Below, piece by piece: positions 1-12,846 of a DNA stretch of 64,000 nucleotides. A program made the position numbers and the translations under genes. The notes under the pieces are model-generated. The model saw only the letters and a program-made list of their open reading frames with translations. It was not told where the DNA came from and searched no databases. This DNA is from Felis catus (taxonomy: Eukaryota), in assembly GCF_018350175.1 (NCBI RefSeq), contig NC_058368.1, positions 221,094,001 to 221,158,000 on the forward strand, written 5' to 3'. Numbering within the stretch: the first letter of the stretch is position 1; each line of letters opens with the position of its first letter.

Positions 1-800
1 TATGTATATATCATCTTCAATGTATAAAAGAAGGTCTTTTGTGGATTAAAATATAATTATTAATGATTGCATATATGCTACCTATAAGATGCATCTTTAT
101 TTTTATGAATGCATAACAAGTGGTCTAAAATATATGGTCTGAGGCTACAAATTATAATTGCTGGTACCTTATTTCCGTCTTAGTGTGGAGTTTGTTATGA
201 CCCTTCTATCCTTGTTTCCCGGGCATGTCCTGAATTATCTAGGGATCTATATTATAGCAGTTTTATCTGTCTTTACCTTGCCCTACATGTCTGTTAGTAT
301 ATTAATTCTTGTCACACAATTTCAAACAATTTCATGGCTTAAAGTTGCAAAACCATGACCTGCCGTTGGTGAAGCTAAAGATAGTTCTAGCCGATTTAAA
401 TGCTATTGCAGTGGCATTCTGGCTGCACGTTCAGGATAACCTAAGAACGCTCTTTACAGGCAGCACAGCCCCGGCATTGATGAATATTGAGCTGGCAATA
501 GTGATGGTGTCTTTAAATCCTTTGAACTACGTTGCTCTAATTATCTCAGCACAACAAACTGATAATTTTAGGGTTCGGACTCTGTCCTCTGTCTTTACAC
601 ACATCTTCACCGCAGACGGCCAGAGCACCTGGTAAAAATCTATCACAAAATTGTGATACTGTATGGGAAGACAAATGACTGAAAATCTGTGTTGCATTTT
701 GTGTGCAAGTATGTGTATGGACTGGTGCAGTATTTTTTTGCCACTTCTCACTAGGATAGGATTTACATTTAGCTTCTAATAATTTAAAAAAATGAAAGAT

Positions 801-922
801 GGGGCACCTGGGTGGTTCGGTCAGTTAAGCATTGAATCTTGATTTTGGATCAGGTCATGATCTTGCCATTTGTGAGCTCGAGCCCACATTGAGCTCTGTG
901 CTGACAGTGCGGAGCCTGCTTG

Positions 923-970
<48 letters not shown>

Positions 971-1067
971 GCTCTCTCTGCCCCTCTCCTTCTTGTGTGC
1001 ACATGCTCTCTCTCTCTGTGTGTCTGTCTCTCTCTCTCTCAATAAATTAATAATCTTAAAAAAAAAA
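801..1067 (+). mobile_element. Can-SINE (tRNA-derived), older subfamily
   Basis: GGGGCACCTGGGTGG head, GGTCATGATCT core, long (CT)n, AATAAA and A-tail. Confidence 0.95.
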
Positions 1068-1190
1068 CAAGGTCACCTATAACCTCTCCTTCTAATGGGG
1101 GCACAACTATGATTTTCTTATCATATGGTCATTGCATGGGAGGAAAGAAGTAACATTTTATGATATGTTATGCTATAGAGAATTACAAAA

Positions 1191-1387
1191 AATTGTGTTT
1201 ATTTTTGAGAGAGAAAGAGAGAGCAGGGGAGGGACAGAGAGAGAGGGAGACATAGAATCCAAAGCAGACTCCAGGCTCCCAGCTGTCAGCACATTTGAAC
1301 CCAATGAGGGGCTCAAACTCGTGAACTGCGAGATCGTGACCTGAGCCAAAGTTGGACGCTTAAGTGACTCAGCCCCCCAGGCACCCC
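1191..1387 (-). mobile_element. Can-SINE (SINEC_Fc-type)
   Basis: Reverse-complement SINE ending ...cccaggcacccc. Degenerate TSD tatgctatagagaatt / tatgctacagggaatt. Confidence 0.95.
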
Positions 1388-1869
1388 TATGCTACAGGGA
1401 ATTTTTAATGCACTCACTACTCACTCAAGGATGGATGATCTAATCTAATATTATGAACACTCTTTTAAACTGTGTACAGAATGTGACAATTCTTGAGCTT
1501 GTCGGGAGAACACTGGTGTTGCTCTATAGTGAGAGGCTCCAGACCTATTCTGTGCAGTTAGTTGATGTTGCCAAATAATTACATCTCATTACATATGGGA
1601 CTGATCTATCCTCATCAATTATCTTCTTGCCGTTCTTCCGGCTGTTTAATTTTTCTTCAGATTTTAAACAACAGGAATCTCCGTTCGTGAACATTGTCTA
1701 ATTTCATACTGCTGTGCACCAATGCAAGACAATTGTGATTAGTAGGAGACAACCTAGAGAAGAGAAGAGAAAATGGATCCATTTTTGCCTCACTGTTGTC
1801 TTTTTTCACTACTTGTACATGCCTTTCTTTTTACGTCTTTGTTTTCTGGATGAAGGGAAAGGGGGGGGG

Positions 1870-2920
1870 TCTTTATTTTTTCAGCTTTATTGAAATATAG
1901 TTAATATACAACATCATATAACTTTAAGTTGCACAGTGCAATGATTTGATAAATGTATACTTTGCAAAATGATTACCCCATTAAGATTAGTTAACACATT
2001 CATCACCTCACATAGTTACAGTTTGTGTGTGTGTGTGTGTGTATGTGTGTGTATGTGTGTTGAGAACTTTAAAAAAAATATGCTCTGTTAGCAACTTTCA
2101 AATGTGAAACACAGTCTTGTTAACTTATAGTCACTATGCTGTACGTTACATCCCCAGAACTTATTTATCTTACAACTGGAAGATACCTTTGGACCATCTT
2201 CCACCACTTGCACCACCCTCCACTCCGTATCCCTGGCTCTGTTCTCTTTTTCTATGAGTTCATTTTTATTTAAAAAAAATTTTTTTTTCAACGTTTATTT
2301 ATTTTTGGGACAGAGAGAGACAGAGCATGAACGGGGGAGGGGCAGAGAGAGAGGGAGACACAGAATCGGAAACAGGCTCCAGGCTCTGAGCCATCAGCCC
2401 AGAGCCGACGCGGGGCTGGAACTCACAGACCGCGAGATCGCGACCTGAGCTGAAGTTGGACGCTTAACCGACTGCGCCACCCAGGCGCCCCTCTATGAGT
2501 TCATTTTTAAAGGTTACACATATAAGTACGATTGCATAGTATTTGTCCTTCTCTGTCTGACTTATGGTACTTAGCATAATGCCCTCAAGATCCATCTACG
2601 TGATTGCAAATGGCAGAATTCCCTTCTTTTTTATGGCCAAACTCCATAGATATTTATTTTCAAATATATGTGTACAATAGTTTCTTTCACCATTCATCCT
2701 TTGATGGACATTTATGTTGTTTTGCGTCTTGGCTGTCGTAAATAATGCTGCAGTGAGCATAGGGATGCAGATGTCTCTCTGAGATAGAAAGTTAATTTTC
2801 TTCAGATACACACTCAGAAGTAAAATTGCTTGATTATATGGTAGTTCCATTTTTAATTTTGGGGGACACCTCCATATTTTTCGCGCACCAATTTATATTC
2901 CCATCAATAGTGTACAAGAA
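1870..2920 (-). mobile_element. Old L1 (L1MA-type) 3' fragment interrupted by a SINE
   Basis: Typical L1 3'UTR antisense motifs. ORF 2596..2850 (MELPYNQAILLLSVY...PMLTAALFTTAK) matches the ORF2 C-terminus. Confidence 0.85.
2269..2491 (-). mobile_element. Young felid Can-SINE (SINEC_Fc)
   Basis: CpGs largely intact. Perfect 18-bp TSD tctatgagttcattttta at 2251-2268 and 2492-2509. Confidence 0.97.
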
Positions 2921-3099
2921 TTAAGAGGGAGGTCTTCAGATTATAGACTTGTGCCGGGGTATTAAAGTATCTATCCTAGGGATTCCCAGAGCTGCTTGCA
3001 AAAAAATTAAATAATAATAATAATAAATAAATAAGTGTATTTAATGTATTTTATATTCTAATCTTAGGACCAAAGATTTCTACTAACACAGGACTGTAA

Positions 3100-3295
3100 T
3101 AAAACTTGGAAATTGTGAAATTCAACATCATCATTTTAGATATAAAACTCCTGAGGTACAGCCATTAAATGTGCTTAGCATGACAGAGCTAGTATGTAGT
3201 AAAACTGTGAACAGATGTGTAGTCAATGTGAGTGTGTAGTAAAAATGAGCCTAGATCGTCTGTGTCTCTTTTAGCAATTGTCTTTCTACATTGCA
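3100..3295 (-). mobile_element. MIR fragment
   Basis: cattttagat...ctgagg...acagagctagtatgtag resembles the antisense MIR core. Confidence 0.5.
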
Positions 3296-3626
3296 CGTTC
3301 TCATAAATGAAGAAAATCACAGTATGTACTTCTTGGGTATAATTTTCATATTAACTTTTATTTTCCTTTTAGTAGTTTAATATTGGTAACACTGCTGACT
3401 TAGTGTCCATGTTCAGTGGATGTTTATCTATGAGATCATAGTTTAATGATCAACAATGTTATTATGAGTGTAAATGACTGTTTTGAAATAGTCACTAAAT
3501 GTGCTTAATTTGATCATAATATGGTGAACTCTGCCTGGAGAATTTTGACTCCCACTGTCCAGTGGCTATGTAGTATTTAAATTTGCCAGGTTTTCTGATG
3601 AGTCTTTTGTTTATTAATAAACAAGA

Positions 3627-3662
<36 letters not shown>

Positions 3663-5341
3663 CATATTTGTATATATATGTTACCGCATTCAAGAAAATT
3701 AGTGAAAATCTTAAAGCAGTGTGCATACATAAAAAAAAAAATAAAGGAAGAATTCACATGCCACCTTACTGGAACAGAGTCTACCGATACATTGTTATTG
3801 ACAAAGGTGTATAAGTTTTGTCTTTTTATGTAAGTAGCTTTAAGAAGTTGGTTGGTGATTTACATATTTGTGTATATTACTTCAATGTTATTATCTTAAT
3901 CCTGCCTTAAACCCTGTATTGTATCCTGATGCTGGCATTTTTAACCCCACTTGGCACTTAAGAAGCACAGCCAGCAGATAACTTATTTGCCTTATGTCTC
4001 ACAGGAAGCTAGATGTAGAGTTTCGAATGAACATAATTCCCCTGGCTCCAGTTTTATTGCCCTTTTCTTTTAATTGAAGAATTGTAGGGAACTTAGAGTC
4101 AGGGTTTTCTTTGACCTTCTTAAATAAATTGCTAGTAAAATCATCTTATTATTTGAGAAGACATACACAGGGAATTGCCTTGTGAACAAATCATATTTAT
4201 TGCTCTTTGCCTATTTAGATGCTACTGTCAAAAATTATCAATGCCTGTGAACATAAAATTGAAGTCAAGCATCTGTGAATTCCACACACACGTTTGCAGA
4301 GTGCTGTAATCTGTATCATAGGCATCATTAACTTAAGCAATTAAGTTCAATGTCCTAGTTTCTGTTGACAAGTGTTACTATTTTTAGGATTTTTCTTCAT
4401 GTCTTACATTGCTTCACTGCTCTTGCACCTCATGAGAAAAAAGAATCACATTTATGTTAATTCTTTTTTAAATTCCCCACTGCAGCCAAAGGGTGATAAA
4501 CATGAACTGTCTGAGTAATTAAGTCAGAGTGCTACTCTTAAGGAAGTTCCACTTAGAAAAAGCCATTGCTAAAGGGGGTTGCTTTAAATGCAAACCAATC
4601 ATTAATTTCAGGGCCACTTCTGGGGACTCTCCTGGCGATTATAAATCACTAAAATTGGTTTACGACTGCACTAATACACTTTAAAATAACTTAGAAGAGA
4701 TCATGATGGAACAGTCATTTGGCAATAGGAAGCTTTTGCTCTTTTTTACATACTTATTTCTACCAATTATTTTACAGGAAATTGTTGGATCGATTTTACT
4801 GGCAACATATGTAATTATTTACTAAAATTAAAAAAAAATTCTGATTTTGAAAACAAAGTAGAGTTTATGTTATATGAGGTTGCATGTCACCAAGAACATT
4901 AGAGTTCATCCCGAGGGAGACAGTAATATTATCTTTTATTATTTGGAATTGCAGATAAAAATATTTTGCATTTGTTAACACTGATTCAACATTAAACAAT
5001 GATCAAAAAGCTACTATGTCTTAAAAGCAGCGATGTAGTCATTCTTCGAGGTATGCACCTCTTTCAAAGCTTAGAAAAGTGATCTATAAAAGTATCACAA
5101 AGTCAATGAACTTCTTCTTCAGCAGCTTTGCTAACTGAGCAAATAAAAATGAATGCCCATGAATCAATTCCACTCAATTCGAAAGTAATGTATCAGTGTG
5201 TCATAGGGTGTGTTGACGCAGGGTTTAGGTCCTGGCGGAATCAGAAAAAAATCCTCACTCTGGTCCACATTTTGGCAGGTCCATCTTCAGAAAAGTTTTC
5301 CCCATTTGTCATTAGAGGGGCCAGGATTACATCTCTAAGAT

Positions 5342-5890
5342 ACAGGTCCTCAGTCTCTCATTTGTAACTTTGGAGGCAAATGGGTTTTGAAATTCTTTTT
5401 TTTTCCATTTTAAAATGATAGATATACAGGCACCTGGCTGGCTCAGTCAGTTGAGCGTCCGACTTTGGCTCAGGTCGTGATTTTGCAGTCCGTGAGTTCA
5501 AGCCCTGCATCAGGCTCTGTGCTGACCGCTCAGAGCCTGGAGGCTTCTTTGGATTCTGTGTCTCCCTCTCTCTCTGCCCCTCCCCCACTCATGCTCTGTC
5601 TCTGTCTCTCTCTCTCTGTCAAAAATAAGTAACATTAAAGAAAATTTACAATGATAGATATAAACAAGAGATGACCAGGCTGTGGGACTGCACCCCATCC
5701 TGTCATCAAACACATTATTACTTCTACATGGGATCATGAACAACCTCACAGAGGAGACACTTTTGCTACCCGCTGGCCTGACATCTGATCAGGTTTTACC
5801 ACCAAGAGAGTTTGTGTCAAGCTTTGAACAAATATTTTCACCTTCAGTACCTTTGGGATATCAGAAGTTTGGGAAAAACCTGGTGTCTCA
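5342..5890 (+). mobile_element. TcMar-Tigger MITE (MamRep434-like), interrupted by a SINE
   Basis: ta-caggtcc start, plus tcaaacacatta and tcaggttttaccaccaagagagtttg motifs, match the recalled consensus. Confidence 0.5.
5428..5649 (+). mobile_element. Can-SINE (SINEC_Fc-type)
   Basis: Complete body. TSD aatgatagatata at 5414-5426 and 5650-5662. Confidence 0.95.
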
Positions 5891-6447
5891 CCCCACACAG
5901 CTTGAAAATTCTAAAATTGTGTTTATTTTAGACGCTAGGGCTTTACATCATTTTGCTGAACATCGAGCACTTTATCTCACACTTCATGTGCAAGTTAAGA
6001 GGCAAACGCGTGAAATGAGTTTTGGCAAACTGCCAAAGCCCTGCAGCAGCTGTGTGTCCAGGTGGGACTTGATGGGGCTTCGACAGGGGAAGTGTCACTC
6101 AAGTGTCTGACACCATTGTCTTTTCATGGCAGGAGGTGGGCCTTTTGATGACTTAGTGGGCACAATAGCTACAATTAATCCTCCTGGCAGAAATGTGTTT
6201 CTACAGGACTTACTAGTCATTTCTAAAAATACAAACCTAAATATCAGGAAACAAATGACCTGAAGACCTTGAAGACCAAGAGGCTGAACATCTTTTCTTC
6301 CTTACCAAGATAACCCTACCAGGAAGAGTGAGATCATTTTTACATTTCAACTGAGGAGTATTTAAAATATGGAGACTGAAAAAAAAATATGGAGACTGCA
6401 CATCATGAGGCACAGGTGTAATTAATTAAAGGATTAAAAATCTGTGC

Positions 6448-6448
<1 letters not shown>

Positions 6449-6489
<41 letters not shown>
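6449..6489. repeat. (TG)n microsatellite
   Basis: Direct reading. Confidence 0.98.
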
Positions 6490-6491
<2 letters not shown>

Positions 6492-7012
6492 CATGTGCTT
6501 CTATCCACACATAACTGATATAAATGATGTGCTACTTATCATATGATAGTTTTGGTTGCCAGAACTAATAACTGCTTCTTTCAATTTTTGGGTCTTTCCA
6601 TTAAGTGAGCTTTCTTGAAACTCTTGGTGACCAAATGCCAGTGTTGTACAACTGAACCTGGCTTTAAACGACAAGTGTATTTTTAAAATTTAAATGTAGG
6701 TGGAATCATACTTTAATTTCTCCAGAGAAACAGGATACTAAAAGTAATCTTGTGTGAATCATTTTATCCTAATGTAGGTAATTGCTTCTAAAGTACTATA
6801 GGCTTGGAATTTTACAAATGTATTTCTCTTGAAAAAGTGTATAGTAACTTGTGTATTAAAAAATAGCTCCAGAGGAAGTTCTTTATACCACACCTACTAA
6901 ATGTGAAGATAGCTGCTTTCAAAATGTGATAGATATGTTCTTTCTTTCCTGGCTCCCGTTTAATAATGGTCAGGGAAAATTTTACATTGCAAAAAAACAC
7001 ACAGAAAACCCA

Positions 7013-7070
7013 AACAACTGCAACAACAGCAGCAGCAGCAACAACAACAACAACAACAACAACAACAAAA
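7013..7070. repeat. Compound (CAG)n(CAA)n microsatellite
   Basis: Direct reading. Explains the poly-V/poly-A ORF 6812..7108. Confidence 0.95.
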
Positions 7071-8423
7071 GCAACCTCTAAAAATGGCTTCTTTGGAGTT
7101 AAGCACAAATTATAATTTCTACAATATTGCGTAATTTTTGTCTTACTACAATGTTTAATTAATGAATTGATAAAGAATCTCTCTCCCTCTTTGTATCTCC
7201 TTCTCTATACTTAACACATACATAATAGTGTCTGATACCATATATAGAAAGACATACTCATCCTTAGACTACATTGTGTGCTATTTTGATAATTAAAAAT
7301 ATAAAATGGCTCTTTGCTGAAGAAATAAACATTTTGTCTCTGTCAATCAGCAGGCACATGTTTTGTTGTTCACTTGCAATATTGGCTTAAAAACAAGAAA
7401 TCACGGTAGAACATCTCATTGACATTCAATAGGAAAATAGTGCTGACAGAATGTTACAAGAACTCGAGTGGATCCAGGCCAAGAGAGTAAATTAAAAACA
7501 GTCTGATAGCTGTCTTAACATTTTACAAGGCAGGCAATATGATCAAGTTGTTGAGCTGACATCATAAAATCATTTGAAACCAAGATTGGGTTCTGTTTCA
7601 GAGATACATTTTTTATAACCTTGCTACTTTGATTAAACGGTGTACCTCTGTCTGCAGCTTTGGAGTAGAGCATCTATACCGATCTCACACATACAGCCAC
7701 TCACTTACTCATACATACTTTTATGGATACCCTGAAGGACAAATGAGCAGACTTTTCCTGGAATTGAGTTTGAGCATCACCTCATTTATTTGTCTACTTA
7801 TCTGTATCTTAGTTTATAACCATCTCATATTTATACCAAACTGTGACACGTATTTTCATGTAGTACATCATCTTGACAGTGCAGACCTTGGGGACAAGCA
7901 AAGGAGATGGTCTGCTGTGCCTACTGACACAGAAAGGTATTTTAGGACCCCGTTCAGGAAAACCTCCTACCCCATCGATCCTTTATTCACTCACTCATTC
8001 ATTTACTGACAGCAAAGTCAAAATTGAAGTTAATAACACAGTCATTAACTGGGTACTTATTTATTGAGCAATTACTGTGCGCTCAGCATCATTCGCGGTG
8101 ATGTGCAGATGTGACCTCTGCTCTCCCAGAGCCCACATCAGTGAAGTAGCTCTCATTAATGTCACTTGCTTTATATATTTTCAAGGAAGAAAACTTCTAA
8201 GTGTTGTTTTCAATCATTTAATGAAATGTGTGTGAAAATATAAGCAGACACTGCTTTGGTATTATACACGATATCAGTGTACAAAGGCATCATTTGCTCT
8301 TCTAAAGAACTTACTCCCTGACGTTTTGGTATCTGAAAACTCTGATTACACCTGTGTACAGACCTCTACCTGTGTGCTGTAAGATCATTCAAGTTGCCAC
8401 ATGAGCTATTATAAAATACATGA

Positions 8424-8587
8424 GGAGGCTTCTGGGTCGCTCAGTCAGTTGAGCGTCGGACTTTGACTCAGGTGATGATCTCCTTGTCTGTGAGTTTGAT
8501 CCCTGCATCAGGGTCTGTGCTGACAGCTCAGAGCCTGGAACCTGCTTTGGATTCTGTGTCTCCCTCTTGGCCCTTCCCCTACTCATG

Positions 8588-8648
<61 letters not shown>

Positions 8649-8684
8649 CTTGTCTCTCAAAAACAAAAATTAAAAAAAAAAAAA
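8424..8684 (+). mobile_element. Can-SINE (SINEC_Fc-type)
   Basis: SINE head and core, long (CT)n, A-tail. Confidence 0.95.
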
Positions 8685-8885
8685 TAGGTGAACACACTTC
8701 TGTTTCCATGTACACATACCAGGGCTACTCCTCAAACATTTTGTATCTGAGAACAGCTAGACATAAAATGAGCATTAGTGCTGCATAAATGTTTTGACAA
8801 AAGTATCTGTTGAAATAGATTAGAATTAAGCCCAAAACAAAAGTGGTCCTTCGGTGAGGATGGTTTGAGAAGTATTGATCTGGAT

Positions 8886-9104
8886 GAGGGATTCTCAACC
8901 AGTGTGATTTTGCACCTCCTCTCTCCCTCACGTGGCAATCTCTACAGGCATTTTTGGTTGTTACAACTGGGAGATTGGTGGTACCACTGGAATCTAGTGG
9001 GTAAGGGTCCAGGGCTACTGTGAACATCCCACAATGTACATGATGCCCCCTGCTCCCCACCATAAAGACGTTTCTACCAATGCTGCTGATGTTGGGAAAA
9101 CCTA
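8886..9104 (+). mobile_element. MER20 (hAT-Charlie MITE)
   Basis: ttctcaacc...gattttgc...tggcaat...catttttggttgttacaactggg...atctagtgggta matches the recalled MER20 consensus. Confidence 0.85.
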
Positions 9105-9467
9105 CCTTAAGGCTGATCAGAAAACTTTGGGGTTTATAGTAAAGAGACTATACCATATGTGTTCATGATTTTTGAAGAGAGAGTTTCCCTGACAAAATTC
9201 TTTAAACAGTTGCTGAGGACATGATATGAGATGAGCCTGGAGAAAGTTGATGGGCTGAGAGTGTGTTCCAAGGTAAAGAGCTAGTGGTGAGCTAGCGAGA
9301 GGGAAACAAGTGAGCTGTGGGTGGAGGGGGGTGGCAAAAGAAGGATTTTTATGCCTCCCAACATACCAATCCCTCATGGCTGTGGGAGCTGAGAGTACTG
9401 GCAGCAACTTGGAGAGATGGGATTAAGAAAGATGAGCCAGGTTTTGGATGTCTCTCTTTTTGTTCAC

Positions 9468-9553
9468 TGCTCAGCATCCTAGAATACATACGGTGGCCCA
9501 TAACAAAAATCATCCAGTCCGTAATGTCTGTAGTGCCAGAGTTAGAAACCTTG
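9468..9553 (+). mobile_element. MER20-like 3' fragment
   Basis: catcctagaatacat...aatgtctgtagtgccagagttagaaaccttg resembles the MER20 3' end. Confidence 0.55.
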
Positions 9554-9554
9554 G

Positions 9555-9964
9555 TGTTGTGGGCTGAATGTTTGTATGCCCATGAATTTATACGTTGAAG
9601 TTTAACCCTTAATGTGATGACATTTGCAAGTGGGACCTATGGCAGGTAGTTAGGGTTAGATGAGATCATAAGGGTGGGGCCCCAGTCTGATGGCCCTTGT
9701 AAGAAGACACGCCAGAGATTTTGTGTTCGTATTTTCTCCCTCTCCCTCGATTTCTCCTCACGTCTCCCTGTTCCGCCACGTGAGAACAGAGCCAGAGAGA
9801 AAGTGGGTATCTACAAACCAGGGAAAGTCATCTCACCAGAACCCAACCCTTCTGGCACCCTGATCTGAGACTTGCAGCATCAAGATTGGTGGGAAATAAA
9901 TTTCTGTTGTTTAAACCGTCTAATCTATGGCATTTTGCTATGGCAGCCCGAGCCGACTAATACA
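9555..9964 (+). mobile_element. MLT1A-type MaLR solo LTR
   Basis: TG...CA termini, gctgaatgtttgt start, aataaatttctgttgtttaa, and gcagcccgagccgactaataca end. Confidence 0.9.
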
Positions 9965-10949
9965 TCTGATCTAGACCATTGTAAGCCACTAAACATAGCA
10001 ATCTTACCAGACTTTAAAAATAATTTTAAGAAGTCATACTACTCTGTTAAACTCCTTTCAGATCACGCACACATGTTATTTTTATTTGGAGTTAGCCTTT
10101 CTCCTAAACCAATCAGAGTGGATTTAAGTTTGTTTCTTTTTTTCTGTTTAGTATTATTCTTCAAGCCATCTTTCGTGGGCACTTTATTAACATCACAGTT
10201 TAGTGGCACATACTCCACCAAATTGATAGTTGGATATAAAGAACATTTCTTTATCAGTCTTTATAACGATTACCTTTAAAGTCTTGCTTGATGTGCATGT
10301 TACTAAAGTTTTGGTCTGCCCTAATGCTCATTTTCTATTAATGGCAAGAAAATGTCTGTGTCTCAAGGTCATAATAAAAGGTGCTTATTTGGTCTGCAAG
10401 ATTTGGAAGCAAAGGCCTTCGGTATGTCAGCACTGATGGAGTCAAAGCCCAAGGGTTAGGGCTTTAATCTTTTTAATGAATTTTGAATATTCTTTTTAAA
10501 ATTCAGTGTTATTTCTATAGGTCACACAAGAGGCCATTTATATCAGGAAAACTACAAAAAAACGAAAGCTAAGGAGAGGTCTTTGTGCAGTCAAGTGGAC
10601 TCAGAGCTGAGCTAAGCATTGGAATGTGTAGCTTAAGGTTCATACAATTAACCTGCAATGTAAATAAACAAACAAACAAAAAAGTTCATGGTTCCCAAGT
10701 AAATTGAGTTTTTGATCACTAGTTTAATGGCTTTAGCTCTGCATTTTATTTATGCATATTTTCTAAATTCAAATGTTATGTTTACACAGTTTATATACTT
10801 AGAATTTCTAAGAAAGAGTTTTAGATAGGACAGTGTGACATTGGCTGATGAAAAACATTGGCACAATTTGCAACAAATAAATAACTATATTAGGACCTGT
10901 AAAAACATAATTTCTGATATCTAGCCGATAGAAATGCTTCAGCTATGTA

Positions 10950-11130
10950 ACAATAACAACAATTGCTGAAATTTATGGGGCATGTGCAGTATGATAATTA
11001 CTATTTTAACCTCTCTACATCTAGCCTCACAGGAGCTATACAAACTAAACACTGTCATCACTTTTTTGTGTAGGGAAAGAGACTAAGACAGCAAAATGTG
11101 GAGATTGCTTACCCAAGATCAGAAGTAGTA
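10950..11130 (-). mobile_element. MIR fragment
   Basis: gagactaagacagc...ttacccaagatca resembles the antisense MIR core. Confidence 0.5.
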
Positions 11131-11259
11131 TCTAGGCACTGAGGGTTTTGTGATAGGGTCAAGTTCAAAGTGAACACAAAGCAAAAATTTGACACGAGAA
11201 CAAAGGTTATATACTTTCATAGCCCACCCAGCTCTACAGTTAAAATGTTGTCAACCTAG

Positions 11260-11510
11260 AGCTTGTAGATGTTTTAGTAAAAAAGGGTTATACGGTCAAA
11301 AAAAAATCCTGGGAGCATCCCATTTTATATTTCTCTCTTGGAAAATCATAACACATTAGCTTACTAAGGCTTCTCCAATTCATAACTTAAAAAGACTTCA
11401 CTTTCACATCAGAATACCCCATTTAAGGTTTTGAGCTCATAGTTCTCAAAACCCTTTTATCTCATGTACAAAATAGTAATACTGAGAAGAATTTGTGTTT
11501 TGAATCTAGA
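11260..11510. mobile_element. MER103C-like hAT-Charlie MITE
   Basis: aaaaagggttatacggtcaaa...ctcttggaaaatcataacacattagc matches the recalled consensus. Confidence 0.55.
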
Positions 11511-11809
11511 GATAACACTTTGAAATATATTGAATTAGTGAATGCTAGTCTAAAAGCATTGTGTGTAATAGTTAAAAGTGCAGGAATGCTAAAACGGTCT
11601 AGTTTAAAGAGTCATTTTACATATGTATATACATATACATATACACACATACATATATATACATATATGTTATTAAATGTAATGAGATTTATAACAGTAA
11701 ATTTTAAATACAGATTGTTCACTTTCCTTTGGCTATGTAAGTGCCAATTACCCTGTTTTTGTTTGTAATACTCTCGAACAAGCAATCCCAAAACTTAGTA
11801 GCTTAAACA

Positions 11810-11846
11810 AACAGAGCTGCAAAACCAATAGGAGTTTATATATGCA

Positions 11847-11888
<42 letters not shown>

Positions 11889-11956
11889 TTTTTTTTTTAA
11901 TTTTTAAACGTTTATTTATTTTTAAGAGACAGAGACAGAGCAGGAGCGGGGGATGG

Positions 11957-12003
<47 letters not shown>

Positions 12004-12602
12004 CTGAAGCAGGCTCCAAGCTATCAGCACTGAGCCCAATACAGGACTCAAACTTACAAACTGTGAGATCATGACCTGAGCTGAAGTCAGATGCTTAACC
12101 AACTGAGCCACCCAGATGCCCCAGTTTGCTTGTTTATATACTTATATACTTAATGTGCATAGACAAGATTTATTATGAAGGATTGTTTCACACAATTTTG
12201 GAGGCTGGAAAGTCCCACAATCTGCCATCTGCAAGCTGGAGACCCAGGAAAGCTGTTGGTGTAGTTCAGTCCAAGTCTGAAGACCTGAGAATCAGCAGAG
12301 TCAATGGTGTAAGTCTCAGTCTAAGAGCGGGAAACTACCAATTTCCCAGCAGTCATGCGGAAAAAGAGGTGAATTCTCCCTTCCTCTGCCTTTTGTCCTA
12401 TACCAGCCCTTGAAGGAGTGAACGAGGCCAACCCACAATGGGAAGGGCAGTCTGCTGTACTGAATATACTGACTCAAATGCTAATCTCATCCAGATACAT
12501 TCACGCACACACACACACACACACGCACACACACACACACACACAGAAATAATGTTTAGCACCCATGATCCAACAGTGTTGAGACATAACTGTAACATTA
12601 CA
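11810..12602 (-). mobile_element. MLT2B-type ERVL solo LTR interrupted by a SINE
   Basis: ggaggctggaaagtcccacaatctgccatctgcaagctggagacccaggaaagc...aatgctaatctcatcc matches MLT2 antisense. Confidence 0.85.
11887..12122 (-). mobile_element. Can-SINE
   Basis: Antisense SINE with (GA)n and T-tail. Confidence 0.95.
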
Positions 12603-12691
12603 AGCAGGAGTCAGTTGTGTGCATTTTCTGTTTCATGGAGTCCTGGATTCTCTCATAACCTTGAAATCCTTCACTTATCCACATGGATACC

Positions 12692-12728
12692 TTCTCTCTC
12701 TCCTTTCTTTCTTTCTTTCTTTTTCTTC

Positions 12729-12821
<93 letters not shown>

Positions 12822-12846
12822 CCTCCCTCCCTCCCTCCCTCCCCCC
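12692..12846. repeat. Compound (TTTC)n(TC)n(CCCT)n polypyrimidine tract
   Basis: Direct reading. Confidence 0.98.

Noticed and set aside
801..880. tRNA-like A/B boxes as tRNA genes
   Set aside because: They are tRNA-derived SINE heads followed by SINE bodies.
5682..6110. 142-aa ORF
   Set aside because: Overlaps a Tigger-like fossil, has a non-ATG start, and shows no recognisable domain.
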